DNA of 64,000 nucleotides from Microbotryum violaceum. Lineage: Eukaryota. The stretch lies in the NCBI GenBank assembly GCA_001244265.2, contig CDLV01000012.1:124001-188000 (forward strand), read 5' to 3'. The translations under genes were made by a program, and so were the position numbers. Positions 1-12,600 of this stretch are shown here, piece by piece (the stretch's first letter is position 1; each line of letters opens with the position of its first letter). Below the pieces are notes generated by a model, which was not told the DNA's origin, made no database searches, and saw nothing but the letters and a program-made list of their open reading frames with translations.

Positions 1-84
1 CCAGGATGAGCGAGTCGAGAAGCAGTCATTTGGAGACAAGACGGTTTCTGGGTGTGACGGTGCGTGTGCGATGGTACCATTCGA

Positions 85-730
85 TCATTGCGAGTGCGCG
101 TGGAGCGTGATCGTCAAGGGAACATTGATGGTTTGGACTTGTTTTTGGAAATTTTGCTCCGAGATCTCCAACTTGTCACACGTTTGCATCGGTATCAATT
201 TAGTTCAGTCATGAGTCGGCCCGTACTCGCCAGTCGAGACCAACTCACCATGGCTTCGATAGAGTCGCCCGTTTTGGCTGTTTTGACCGTGTTGGCATTA
301 AAATATTCCAACGGAGGAAGCCGAAAGTCCACGGAGACAGGCTCCGTTTGAGCGCTGGATAAGTCATTGGCGAACTAAAAGTACTTGTTTCAAACGCATC
401 AGGTAAATGAGACCCTCGAAGCAAGGAAGCGTTTCAAGATTCTCGTCGGGTACTCACATCGAAGGTGGGGAATTGGTCCTTTTCGACGGCTTTCAACGAG
501 AGCTTGGTAATTTGAAAAAAACTATCCTGGCGATCCCCTTCGGCGGGATAATATACAAAACTGAACGCCTCGTCTGTTTTCAAAGCTTTGCCATAGGCTG
601 GTGAAGTGACGGTACTTTTGGTTGAGGAAGGTGACATGGCGCGACCTTCGACCGTATCGTTTGACTGGGAGGCGGACACGCCGAGCGAGACGAGGGTCAA
701 TGCGAGTGTGAAGGTGAGCTTGAGGAGCAT
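85..730 (-). CDS. Small secreted protein, family paralog 1 (about 161 aa; exons 730-458, 374-249, 171-85)
   Basis: Signal peptide MLLKLTFTLALTLVSLGVSA. GTGAGT donors at 457 and 248, TAG and AAG acceptors, both introns phase 0. Exon 2 reads FANDLSS...DFRLP and exon 3 LEISEQ...HSQ*. Confidence 0.8.
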
Positions 731-1988
731 GACGGCAAGAGTGCTTGGAGTGTTGCTTGTGAGGGACGTTGAGATGATTCGTCAAGCTGAGTAACGAACT
801 GATGGAAGAAAGGAAAGAGCAATGGTACAAGACTCAGTTACTCAGGCAAAAGCCCCGGCCGGGGAGGCTACTGCGTGATTGACACCGAGTTCGGCATTCG
901 GATGCGGTAAGGCGATGCTCAGGTGGCACTGTTGCATACACCGCCCGGCTGTGTCACAATTCGGGCTGGATTCCTCTCATCTACCTAGATAGCTGCTTCC
1001 GGCATTTTCCGGTCTGCACAGCAATTTCATTCAAGCGTTGTTCAAGTGCTTCTGCTGTGCAACGCGGTTTAAGTAGCCCGAGTGCTGCCGCTCGGCCTTG
1101 TCTCCTATCTGTTTGTCCCGCCGGCACACTCCAATCGATTGAGACCACACGGATACCTGCCCGTCGAGCACGCGCCGCTACACGGGCGACCCTATGGGCT
1201 GCGGGAACCGCACGGATCCGTTTCTGGTTTCCGTATGTCCGGCCGGCGGGGCGGTTCGTATGGATTCGGTAGTCTAACAGACTAGAATGATCGGAATTAC
1301 AATCCACTTCTCCCCAAATCCCATATTTCGGGTGCATGAGAAACACAACAGACGACCGGTACATGCTCTGAGGTCTTGTATAACCTTTTCATCCATGACA
1401 TTTGCTGGCAAGTTGATGTTGTCATGTTTTACAAACTATATGGAATCCAGCAGGAAAACACCGAGTTTCTAAGATGGTCAACCATGTGGCGCCGTTACGG
1501 TTTGTGGACATAAGAATTCTGCATGATTGAGGGTTGCGCGTGTAAGACGTACTTCCCCAGTGTGACCACCGACCAGCTCTCCTACTACGACGAGCCCATG
1601 ATAAAAGCAGAAACCGGGCCCTTCGGGGCTGAGCCGTCCCAGGTATCGGCTACTACCTAATGTACTCCACTCCCCCTCTCCCCCTCTCCCCCGCCGTCCC
1701 CCCCTCCCCTTCCACCTCAGGCTCTCATATGTTAGGCCTGCAACACGTTTGACTCGAATACCAACCCCTGGTGAAACAACGTTGCAACGGTGATGACTCA
1801 CAGCGAACACAGGAGAACAAGTTGTCAGGAGCGCGGTAGTGAAACAGACACGTCGTTGTGCCTATTCGCATCGACCCGGACAAACTCTTCGGTCGGACCG
1901 AGTCTTTTCTCCCTTTCACCTCGCACCCTGGTCTCTTTGCCTTGCCCCACAAGAGTAATTTCATTTATCGCACCCACGCCTCCACGAC

Positions 1989-2755
1989 ATGCATCTCTTC
2001 TTGCTCCCTCTTCAAGCGCTTGCGTTGGGCTTGCTGTCGACGCTCGTCGTCGCCACGAACGTGCCCTTGGCAGACGACTTGGCCCAGGTACCCAAACGCT
2101 ACGTCTGCAAAAACACGGGTGGGCTTGGAATACTTTACGCCCCCAACGCGGCCAACGACAGGTTTGAGTTTCAAGGCAAGGTTCACCTCAAATACGCCGA
2201 CAACACGCCCCACGGCCCGCAGGGCAAACCATGGTCCGTCAGCGTCGACATTGATAGGACAGACCTTCTCAAGAGCCGAAACGTAGGTACCACATGTCAA
2301 ATTTGAGTTGATGCTGTCTGACGGTTGATGCTGACACGCTGATGGCTGATGCGCTGTTGGACGCGCACAGATCGCCAACTACTTGACTGCCGCCACGGTT
2401 TCAGGGACGACGAACAACTACTTCCGCCTCAACCCATCGGATCTGTTGACCTCCGAGGAGATAGCAAACAGTCAGAAGAGTATACCGCAAAATGTGTCAC
2501 TTACGGTACGCTAAATCACTCACTACACCCGCAGTGGCGAGCCGTTCGACCTGAAACAGGAGACACATCGACGCTTCGAGACTGACCACATCCCACGGCA
2601 CCAATTCTCTTCTGGTGCTTTTGTTTTGGTTCGGACAGTTGCAAATCCGCAAGACTCCGACGATGTCCCAACACCAAAAACCTAAGCTTGGTTTATCAAT
2701 TATCACCGCTAGCTGCACCTTCGTTGCTCATGTTCCGTTCGGGATCGTAGTCTAG
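1989..2755 (+). CDS. Small secreted protein, family paralog 2 (about 181 aa; exons 1989-2282, 2371-2505, 2639-2755)
   Basis: Hydrophobic N-terminal signal and two phase-0 GT-AG introns. Exon 2 reads IANYLT...NYFRL and exon 3 LQIRK...GIVV*. Confidence 0.75.
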
Positions 2756-3952
2756 TCTGCCGCCGCGAGCCCACGATCGGGGTTGGTGGTCGAGAATCCG
2801 GACCCCCCCGCCACAACTTCATCAGATCCAGAGGCTGGGCCTCTTTTTGGTTTTGCTTGACGTCACAATATTCTGTTATGCTTATACCGTTCATCTTTGT
2901 TCATCTTAAGGCTCTTGGCTTACTTGCCAACTAGCACATTGGGAATACCATACGTCGAGACAGCGTTGCCCTCGAGCGCAAATGAATTTCCATTTGAGTT
3001 ATAGGTGCTCTGCTGCTCTCCTGGATGTCTCTTATCATATCTGAGAGTAGAGGGACAGGTCATTGTTCTGGCTGGCCCGTCGGATCGAAAGACTCGTCCG
3101 GCCCTTGTTCAACCTTTCCCACACGCTTCTATTTTGACATGACGGCCGTTCCCGAGCACTCAATTGCGTATTCAGGTTTCAACAGAAAAATTCAACCTGT
3201 AGGATTGCACAGTCTTGAAAAATCTCACTATCTGAATGGTTCAGCTTGGACTCCCTTTTTGGGGACTTGCGGGTCGGAACTGTGCGGGCCGACATACGCA
3301 TGGGCTCGGCCGCTCGGGCTCGACTTCACTCAGGGCTGAGGCCTAAATCGGCGCCGACAGAGTCTCCCCCCCCCCCCCCCAGAATTATTTAAAGTCTACC
3401 TCGGATGCTCATGCTTATGACAAAAGCAGGCGGTGCAGCCTCGTGTGTACTACCAGGTGCTTTGTCTTGTCAGAGCGCCGCGATGTGGCTGCCGGTCCGG
3501 GCCGGGGTTTGTGGCTCGAGAGGCGCTTGGGCAGAAAGGAGGCAAGGCCGACTCCCGCACCTGCCCGCGCACCTGCCGTCGGTAAAGCGGGCTGGGCAAG
3601 GCGGTGCGCACCGGCCGACACCGCAGCCACAAGGGTTGAGCTTGTGCACTGCCGCTGGTCGGAAATCACAAGGCCCAGCCTCATCGACCGTATACCGAAT
3701 CTGCTGTGTAATGGCGCTACTGTCGATCCACAGGACTCGAAATTGCTGTGCACCCCGGGCCAGGACGCCGAACCCAGTGAGTTCGGTCACCACTGCATGC
3801 CGCTCGCAATTCGAGACTAACAACACCCACTCCCCGCTTGAAGCAGCTCTCTCCTCCTTCGTCTTCTCCCTACACTCCCATCCTCACATCTTCGAACAGA
3901 TCCTAACCCTAACCCTACACTTTTATCCCATAACTTACCGTGCCCTACCAAC

Positions 3953-4745
3953 ATGCTCTTCAAAGTTTCCGCCGCGCTCGTGTTGGCTGGGCTCTCACTC
4001 GGTGCTTCGGCTCTCCCCAGCATGAGCACGGAGTCGAGAGCGCAACCAAGCCCAAGTTCGAACAAAAGTCCGTATGGCCGCACTGGTTACATCGATTCAC
4101 CTGCGGACCGCAAAACGACGACTTACAAAGTCGGAGACAAGATCCACTTCGTTTACACTTCGGCTCCTGCAACATACTTCGTCGACGTGAGCTTGATGTT
4201 GGCGAACGGGAGCCAGAGCTTCCAGGTATGTGGGCCGTCGAATGAAGCCCCGAGCTCCAAGTTCCGCTACACGAGCCTGTTCCACTCTGGTAGTTGTAGC
4301 AGAGGAACGCCGAGCTGAAGCATTGGTATATTACTCTTATCTTTTCTTGCCCAATAGCTCGCCAATCGCCTCACTGGATCATCAATGATCAGCAATGACG
4401 CCAACGCCCGCGCGTACTTTCGCATGCCTGAGAACCTTAAGACTATTGCCACCGAGCTCTTAGCGGCTTCGCAAGACGAGCACAGCGGAGCGATGAAAAA
4501 CAACAACTGCATCTTGGCATACGTGAGTCTTTTCCATGCAAGAGAAGCGCCGTTGCATGTACTCTTTCCGGACTGCTCGAGCGATTCGATCCTCTTCGAT
4601 CTTCGATATGGTACCAGGTTCGCTGATGGCTTTCTAATCCCGTTATTTTGGTTGCTGCTAGCTCATTGCCAAGGAAACCCAAAACGGTCAATACGGGCTC
4701 GTGGGTAACTTGGAAACGAAGCAAGCGATCGCTATAAGCATGTAG
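3953..4745 (+). CDS. Small secreted protein, family paralog 3 (about 173 aa; exons 3953-4225, 4358-4522, 4662-4745)
   Basis: Signal peptide MLFKVSAALVLAGLSLGASA and two phase-0 introns. Exon 2 reads LANRLT...AYFRMP and exon 3 LIAKETQNG...AISM*. Confidence 0.85.
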
Positions 4746-5466
4746 ACTCAGTGCTCATCGTCACGAGCGCTCCACGAACGTCGTTTCCGCGGCAGCAACC
4801 TTCGCTCACGTCCTTTTCGCATAATCACTTCGCCGACTTTCTGCTCGTTCTCCGTCCTCTTCCGTCTATCGCAAAGCCACCATATCGTCTTCATGTCACA
4901 TAATTCACCTTTGAGCATCTAATGTCACCATATTTTTACCCCTGGCTGTAGGCCAATTCCTTTGCGCGTCTTGTCTGAAATCTCACCCGCTCAATGTCGA
5001 GCCACATCCGTGCACCTTTTCACCTGCACTCCCGTCGGGTCCGAGTCGCATTTCGACTGGTGACCGGACAATACCTTCAGCAGATAAGCCGGTGGGAAAT
5101 ATCAAATACATAGTGAGCTGCTTGAAAACCGTATGTTACAATTTAGGCAAAGTCACATCGGTGCGATCATCATTTTCGAGGCTGGGACTCCCCCCCCCAT
5201 TTTTCGAAACGAAACCTTCAGCTCTAACGAGCTTCAGGGATTATTGATGAGGCTTCCCCGAAGCTTGAAGTCTAGAAACGCTTGATCATCTCGCTACAAC
5301 GGCTTGAATCAACTGATTCGAAACGAGACGCAGGTTGGCGCGCGGACCAGTTGTAGTCCGGTCCGCGTCGAAGGCTGCATAGATCCAAGTCACTTAAAAG
5401 CCCGGCCGCGCCTCACGCATCCTCTCTCTCCTCCACTCAACATCGCACCTCCCCTCATGATGAGCC

Positions 5467-6387
5467 ATGTCGGTACAAACACCCAGGCCGGTTAGGGGAC
5501 CGCCCCGTCGACATCCATCAATTGAGTTCAGGGCGCCTCCCTTGCGATCAGCTTCAAGGGCCAGTCCTAGTACGACCCCAGCACCGAATTATTCAACCAA
5601 ACCAACAACCGTTCTCGGTCACTGGAGGCCACGTTTGACTCACGAGGACCGACGAGATTCCAGCGAATTACGCAGGAAGACCAAAGTTATTTTGGGCGAA
5701 ATTCTTGGCGAGGACTCTACCCCCCGGCCAGTGCAGATCGAGGCCATTGCTGCACTTTTTGAACTCGATCAATTTGCGAACCGGGATTGGTATGACGCTG
5801 TGTACGTCACAGCGCCAACAGGTTCAGGCCAAAGTGTTATTTTCGAAGCAAAGTTTCTTATTTATGGACGCCGGGCGGTCACCATTGTTTTCAGTCCCTG
5901 AATGCACTGAGCAATCATCAAGTGAGTTTTTCTGCCGACTGGGCTTGCTGGACCGACATCCGTGCTGATTTCCGCAGTCACATGCTTCTTTCAGGCTGCC
6001 AATCTCAATCGAAAGGGAAAGAAAGCGGTTGTGGTATCTGAGGAGACCTGGAGAGATGGCAAGCTGTACATGCAGATGGACGACCCCAATCACACGATCT
6101 CCTTCATTCTGATCGTATGTGTCGGTTGACCTCCTGTTTGAGTGAAGTACACATGTGTTGATTTGCCTTCCTGTTTGCTGCGTGTCAAGTCTCCTGAAAT
6201 GCATATCAACAATGCAGATTGGGCAAAGTTGATCTTTAAGGAGTCGTTTCGAGAGCGCGTCAAGCTGCCCGTCTATGACGAGGACAGGGGGTGGTGTGCA
6301 TTGAGGACCGCGAAGACTGAGGCCAAGATGAGGAACCAGTCGAGTAAGCGCTCGATATATCTGAACTTTGATCCCGGTTGTAAATGA
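5467..6387 (+). pseudogene. RecQ-like SF2 helicase remnant of an AcademH-like transposon
   Basis: PRPVQIEAI (Q motif), degenerate Walker A APTGSGQS, TIVFSP (motif Ia) and SPE...VYDE (motif II). Contains stops and frameshifts and is truncated. Confidence 0.7.
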
Positions 6388-6424
6388 CGAGTTGGATTGG
6401 GGAGTTGGGAGGAGATGCTCGAGA

Positions 6425-7606
6425 TTACTTGCGGTAAAGATGCTTGATGTGCAGAGTAGGCTCGAAGGTTGTAAGCGCCGGCAATATCTCCGTTCTGAAT
6501 GTGGGCGTAACCAAAAGTTCCATGAAGCAGCTCGGTTCGTCGATCCAATTGCTGATCGTTGACGTGATGTGTGCAATGTTGTCGACGGTCACATGGAAGT
6601 ACTTGTTCGAGCCAATCTCCTTCGGTTTCGTCGAATTCGCCTTCGTCAAGCTCGCAGCTGCCTGGAGAGTCGCCCAGCGAGATGTCGTCAAGCCGCAATC
6701 GTGCAGAAATGTTGTCAATCGGTCGTTCGCTCCACATGCGAGAGTCGTGAGACCGTTGCGATGCTGCATGGCATGGCGTTGTGCCTTTGGTTGCAAGCGA
6801 ATGCGATCTGACCCATGACACTGCGGTAAAGCGGCGGCCAGCGTGTTGATTTTTGGTGTCCGTGGCTGCGATACCCAGCCGAGCTAGGGTCAGAAACACT
6901 CACAAACTCGATACGCCTTTTTTAGTGACCAGGCTCTTGCTCTTGCTCTTGATCGGAACCACTCTCCGGGGTGGCTTCTTCCATCTCGACATCAGTGGAA
7001 GCTGTTGGGTCCTTGTCGCAATTGATTGGCTCAGCCGGTGGTGGGTCTCCGCATTGTGATAGCAAGTTACGAATCCGTCTTCTGATGAAAGGGTTGTCTT
7101 CGGCGATTGGATCGAGCCGGGCGTCGATGTAATCGGAGGTGAGGACTTCGGGAGTCAAGTCATGACTAGCGACAAAGGCGGACTTGGTCCGCTTCATCTC
7201 TTTAATGATGATCGAGTCGGCCTGCACGCGGATAAGGCAAGTATTCAGTAGCTTTTTCGAATCCGGAGAATCAATCCGAGAAGTACGAAGTGCTGCCCAC
7301 CTGCTCGGCGATCCAGTCATTGATTCGGCTGCTTGACTCTGCGCCATCCTCACGTGCAAGTCGTAGAATCAGATCAAGCACACGCTTGAGGCTGGACCAG
7401 TTGCTGTTGAACAGCTTTGGTCGGTGTGTTTGAACGCCTTGAAATCGTGTGGATGGGCCGAAGTGCCACGACAGGTATTGACATAGCGAGAGATCGCGGC
7501 TACAAAATTCTGCGAATACGGATCCGCCTCGCGGCGGTTGTTCTGGCAAATTGATGAGGTATGGCGTCTGCTTGTTCGCGTCATTTTTGGTTTCAGATAT
7601 TGTCAC
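6425..7606 (-). pseudogene. Academ/DUF6589-like transposase N-terminal remnant, convergent with the helicase
   Basis: IAFACNQRHNAMQHRNGLTTLACGANDRLTTFLHDCGLTTSR...VTVDNI resembles the conserved block of rust-fungal DUF6589-type transposases (recalled motif). Frameshifted and truncated. Confidence 0.55.
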
Positions 7607-7860
7607 GCTTGACGTGGCCGACTATCCTCGTGAAAAGAGGAGAACAGCGAAGCGTACGCAAGGTGATCAAGCCGAACGGAGCAGGCTCGCCGATGATGAG
7701 AGCGCCAATTACACGATGCGCTCGGACCATCTGAGGCCCGATCGACCGAAATCGCAGACTTCGGATCGCTGTAGCTCCACCCACAGCTCATGAAAGCTCT
7801 CGCCACTTGGGGTATGTCATTTTTAGGGCATAAAGAAAAATAATGTCCTTCACTTTTGCA

Positions 7861-7900
7861 TGGATGCGCCTGGATGCGCCTGGATGCGCCTGGATGCGTC
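7861..7900 (+). repeat. Minisatellite (TGGATGCGCC)x4
   Basis: Four tandem 10-bp units read directly; the last has one mismatch. Confidence 0.9.
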
Positions 7901-8023
7901 TACTTGCCAAGTTATAAAGAACCGCCCCTGAAATTTCGGAGGGCAACTGGGCCAAGCGCGCCGATAACCCGTAAGCCCCTCCCAGTGAGGGAGGCCTTAG
8001 TTGAACGTTGAGCGCTGAGCTTA

Positions 8024-8708
8024 GCGACGCGCAGACATTTGAGCTATTTGAGCCTACCCTTACCGTGGCCCAGTCCGTGAGGGTGCCCGGTGTACAAGAA
8101 GGGCGTCGCGTAGTCTTTGTTGCTGTCGATAGCCATCATCATGGACAAGGGTCCGCATGAGATCAGATCATCGCCAGATCTGATCTGAATTTTTCTGATT
8201 CTGCCTTGATTGATCTGATCTTGATCCGATCTGAGCCGATCAATTTGATCTGCGACATGAAATTGCTTAATTTGGCCCAGAGAGACTTCAACATGTCTAC
8301 ATGCTCCACAACCTCATCATCCTCATCTTCATCATCCTCCAAAGTGATCACCTTGCTCAGCCGCCGCTTTTTGGAGGAGCTCCCCGCTTTTATGACTGGA
8401 TTGTGTCGCATGATCCCTATGAGAAAGTGTTTGCAATGAGTCGGCACATGACACTGCAACGAAGGCCCATCCGAGGAGTACCACACCCTGTAGTATTTCT
8501 GTGGCGCGGGGCTGACACCCAATGCGGCGGCGATGCCAGATGACACATATGCAGATGGGGCGCTCCATTCTCTCTCATGCACTGCAGTGATCAGTTTCAA
8601 ATCACAATGGCAGCATCCAGGTACCGCCTACTTTTGGATTTTTTTCCTCGAGGCTTGATTGATCTGAACTTGATCTGATCTAATGCGGACCCTTAATCAT
8701 GGAGGGCT
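8024..8708 (+). pseudogene. Duplicated fragment of sugar-transporter exon 1 (source about 27587-27697), interrupted by a hAT insertion
   Basis: GCGACGCGCAGACATTTGAGC...CCTTACCGTGGCCCAGTCCGTGAGGGTG...TACAAGAAGGGCGTCGCGT...GCCATCATCATGGA matches 27587-27692. The match resumes as GGGCT after the insertion. Confidence 0.85.
8146..8695 (-). mobile_element. Non-autonomous hAT-like element (550 bp)
   Basis: 25-bp TIRs (C/T)AAGGGTCCGCAT(G/T)AGATCAGATCA and 8-bp TSD ATCATGGA (8138-8145, 8696-8703). GATCT-rich subterminal repeats and a short internal transposase-like remnant with an acidic tail. Confidence 0.85.
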
Positions 8709-9181
8709 CTGCACCCCCGCTATCAAAGCCACTCTTTCACACCCACCCCGTTTTCGTGATATCCGCGACGACACATATACCCCATCTAGAGACTCATGCA
8801 AGACTTATGACTCTCTTCTGATCTTGTTCAATCTCTCCGTCTCTTCGTCTTGTGCATTTCGCCTAGGGCCGACTGCCCGTTTTGCAATCTTGCGCACGCG
8901 CCGCGCATTGGGGTCTTTTTTTCTGATAATTCATTTCATTCTTTCCCAGCACCTCTTTTCGTTTATTCAATAATTCACACAGCGTTGTCTTTCTACGCCC
9001 GATTTCAAAAGATGTGATTTTTTGAAGTAGCGAACTTTAACGCACGACAATGATCGATCGACAATTGAGGGAGACGGGGGATGATGATCGATGAACATTC
9101 ATTCACCCATTTCACACCAACGGTTTCGCGTCAGCTTCAACTTCAGAAATGAACCGAACAGCCAGTGTCTCAAAAAAAAAA

Positions 9182-9645
9182 GGGGAAAAGGACAAAAATG
9201 CCCTCGAAAGATAGCGAAAGGACAAAACTGCCCTCGCTTTTTTTCATGAGGACAGAAACACCTCGGGCAGACATGAAAAGTACGCCTCAACGTTCAACAG
9301 GCGCGCGCGCAGCGCCCTTTCACGCCCCTTCCAAGGCACATTCTTGGCGGGTTGCAACTTTGCTACCCCAGGTAGCAGACTAGGCCCAGGTCAGGTATGC
9401 CCTCCTCTATGTCGAGTTGCCGAGACGTTCACTCCCACTACAACTCCATGGAAAACCTGGAAACAAAGGCGCAGTCGGCGAACAATAATGCATTCGGATT
9501 TTTGGATCTTTTTCGAGAGTTATTGTCGTCCTCTGCAAGCTGAACAGGCACTCTACCTCGAACAAGTGATTCAGCACGGGTCGCGCGGAACAATTGGGGC
9601 CTTGGGGGCCGCCACCCATGATCCAGGGAGTTGTCGGCGAAGCGG

Positions 9646-9680
<35 letters not shown>

Positions 9681-12600
9681 AAAGGAAAGAAACAAGAGCA
9701 GAAAAGATAAAGAGCTATTAAATGGCACGCACGTCGTTAACCCGGTTCGCGTGCGAGTCGGTGTGAGTGAAAGAACGCCCACCTTATAGAAGACACCATC
9801 CCCATTTGCGTACTGATTCCAATCTCGAGTTATCTTGTTCACGCGCTTCTCTTCGCTCCAGTCCGGTGGCACGCGGCTGAGCAACTACTTGAAGAGCGCG
9901 CGCTCTTTTGGAGAGTGCACGTGCAGAATCGCAAATCGAGTTCCTTGGCATTCAGCAAGCCAGTCATGCCGAGGCTTCAGACGTTGTACTGTTAAAGTTG
10001 TCGATGTTGGCCAGCTACGTAGTTTGAACTCGAGAGGTTCCGAGCGTGGGACAGGGGTGAGAGGCACATACGTCTCGAGGTTGAGCCCTGACTGGGAGCT
10101 CTTTTAACAAGTCGACGCGTGCCACACCTAAGCGCTCCGAGGACTCCGCGTATAGCGTCGGATCGATGATCTTGGAGGCCGCGGACTCGCGGACAGGCAA
10201 AAGATGTGCGGTTTTTTGTCGCAGCCGATACAGATCCAGAGTGAGCCATAAGTCGAAATGACCGGTGAATGCCACCCCAGTGCGATTGTATGTGCCAATC
10301 TGCAAGTTTGAATCGTGAATGAGCTTATTGTTGCTTGCAGTCAACACGACCGATAAACGTGCCGACTGACTGTGAGATTGTGTCCTAGTACATAGTCCAG
10401 CAGGCGAGCGTTTGCATGACGCGGAGTGACGCCTGACTGAGCCAAGCGCGCGCGGAGATTTCGGTGAATGCCACCTTCGAGGCCGTTCGTGCCGCGCCGA
10501 CATGAATACAAGCGGACATTATCATCAGCTGTTCCATCAGGTCCACGACAAGGTCCGAGGTCGGTGTAAAGCTCGATGCCCACTGGATCAGAAAGCTGTC
10601 CCTTTCGAACGAGTTCGAGACACCTTTTCGCGGCGAGGAGTGCGGCCTTATTGAAGAGGGGCTGCTGTGTTTTAGCATCGAGCAACGACCCGAACGTCTC
10701 GAAAACTTCCCTGACCAATGGCTCATGAATGCTTGGAGGAATCGTTCGTCGGACACGCTTCCAGAGGTGTTTGGCGTGAGCGGGCGACCGTGTGGCTTCG
10801 TCGAAAGTCATCATCGCTTTGGCGAGTCGTATCGACACTAGGTACTTGTCGTCTAGGTTGACGACATAGATGGCATCGGAGAGAGCGCGAAGGAAAGCTC
10901 TTGTAGCTCCGTGCTTTTTCGATAGATAGATCCTCTGGAAAAAATGGAAGGGATCCATGAGAATTCGGGGTTGGGGATCATCAAGCGACGAGGCTGACCA
11001 GATGAAAGAGATGAAAATCGAATGCGCCTCAAATCGAACTCAACGGAGGAACCGGAGAGGCCAACCTTTGTTTCCTTCGGCGGCGTCTAGGATTGCCGAG
11101 ATCTCAGCCGTAGTCGTCTCGCAACGTTCGAGTAAGAGCGCCTTCTTCGATCTCAGCGGTCGCCGCATCGAGACTGTCGTCGAAGTCCTCCATGTGCTCT
11201 TTCATCTCCGTTTCTCTCGTGCAGGAATTCGCCACGGCGCCAACGTCCAGTGCTTTTGGAGGCGAAGATATTTGAGCCGAGGACAGCGACGGAGGACAGC
11301 GACGGCTTGTGAGCGGACGTGGACGTGTGAGCTGAGCTGTTGACGGAACTCTCGTGGTGACCTCATCGTCCAAGTCGACCACGAGAGCATCGAGCGCAAA
11401 AAAGCAACGGGAATGATCCGTCACCGCTTTGGGAGCGAACGTTGCTGTCAGTGTTCTGTTGAATTGAGAACGCTCGTAAGGCCAAAAGATCGCGCTGTGG
11501 AAATTCGTCGCATTGGTGTTGTATTCGGGAACGAGCGCTCCAGGAATGAGGATTTGTGTGATGGCAACGACAGCGCGGCTCTTGTCCCATTTGAATCCGT
11601 GAAACTCGGGTGGAGGCGTGCACGTTTCGTCGATCGAGGAATCAACTGTCTGGATGACACCACGCGCGATTGAACGATCAGGTTCATATATGATAGCGAC
11701 TTGAGTGCCCACACGTGGAAGTACCAGGGGCGACAATGGTCGCGTGTGACACTTACTGATCGCCTTGTAGACGAGAAGCGACGCGTAGGCATCGAGTGCA
11801 GCGTACATGATGTGGCGTAGGGGCAGCGTCGTCTCAGCCCAAATCCATTGATCGATGTATTGATTCGTCTTTCGGCAGCCGTTTCTTGAGGAAGCGTTTC
11901 GAAAAGTGCGCGAGGCTTCGAGATCCAACTCCTCTCCCGAGCATGTGGCCGTTCAGGTTCGCGTGCTGCGCCAGATCCAATCCACCGCGATGCTTGAAAG
12001 TTTCGGTAGGACTGATGGGATTCTCCTATCGATCGCAAGTTTCCAGCCCTCCGCGTTCGTGATGGCGTGACGATGCGAGTGAGGTCGCCAGCAACGCCGA
12101 CGCCGACTGCCTTCAAGATGTCCGCGCGTTCGAGAAAATGCCGAAAGGGCGGGGGCAAACGCCATTTGAAGCACTTTTGTATGATCTGCGAGAGCTGCAG
12201 ACACGCAACAATTCGGTAAATCTTTTGTTCGAATTTAAATGGAAGAGCACGGGTACGAAAAGCTCACTTGAATCACATGAATGAATAAGTCGCACTCCAG
12301 TGATTCCCAGGCGAATTGGACGGCGTCAACGGCTTTCTTAGAGGCCGCAATGGCCACGTTGCGATACGAGTTTGCGGGAGCGGTTGCCCATTCGGCGTTG
12401 ACACCAACCACAAGTTTTCCATCTTTGGAAATGTTTTCTGTTATCTGCCTCAGCACTTGGGTCAACGCGGAAACGGTGTTCACCTGAACAGGGGTCGTCT
12501 CAGGAGGTAGCATGAGGTCGGCTTGGCGCGGGCCTGCGTTGGTGCCGAGAGTCGGAGCAAGCGAGGGGAGCGTTTCTATCAAGAATGTAGTGTCCTGGCC

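Noticed and set aside
5140-9100. Candidate TIRs for the AcademH-like relic (CGATCATCAT / ATGATGATCG)
   Set aside because: Only about 10-bp matches and no TSD; could be chance.
9646-9678. 33-nt poly(A) tract as a retroelement tail or poly-Lys ORF
   Set aside because: No TSD or retroelement body; it most likely lies in an intron of the minus-strand transposase gene as poly(T).
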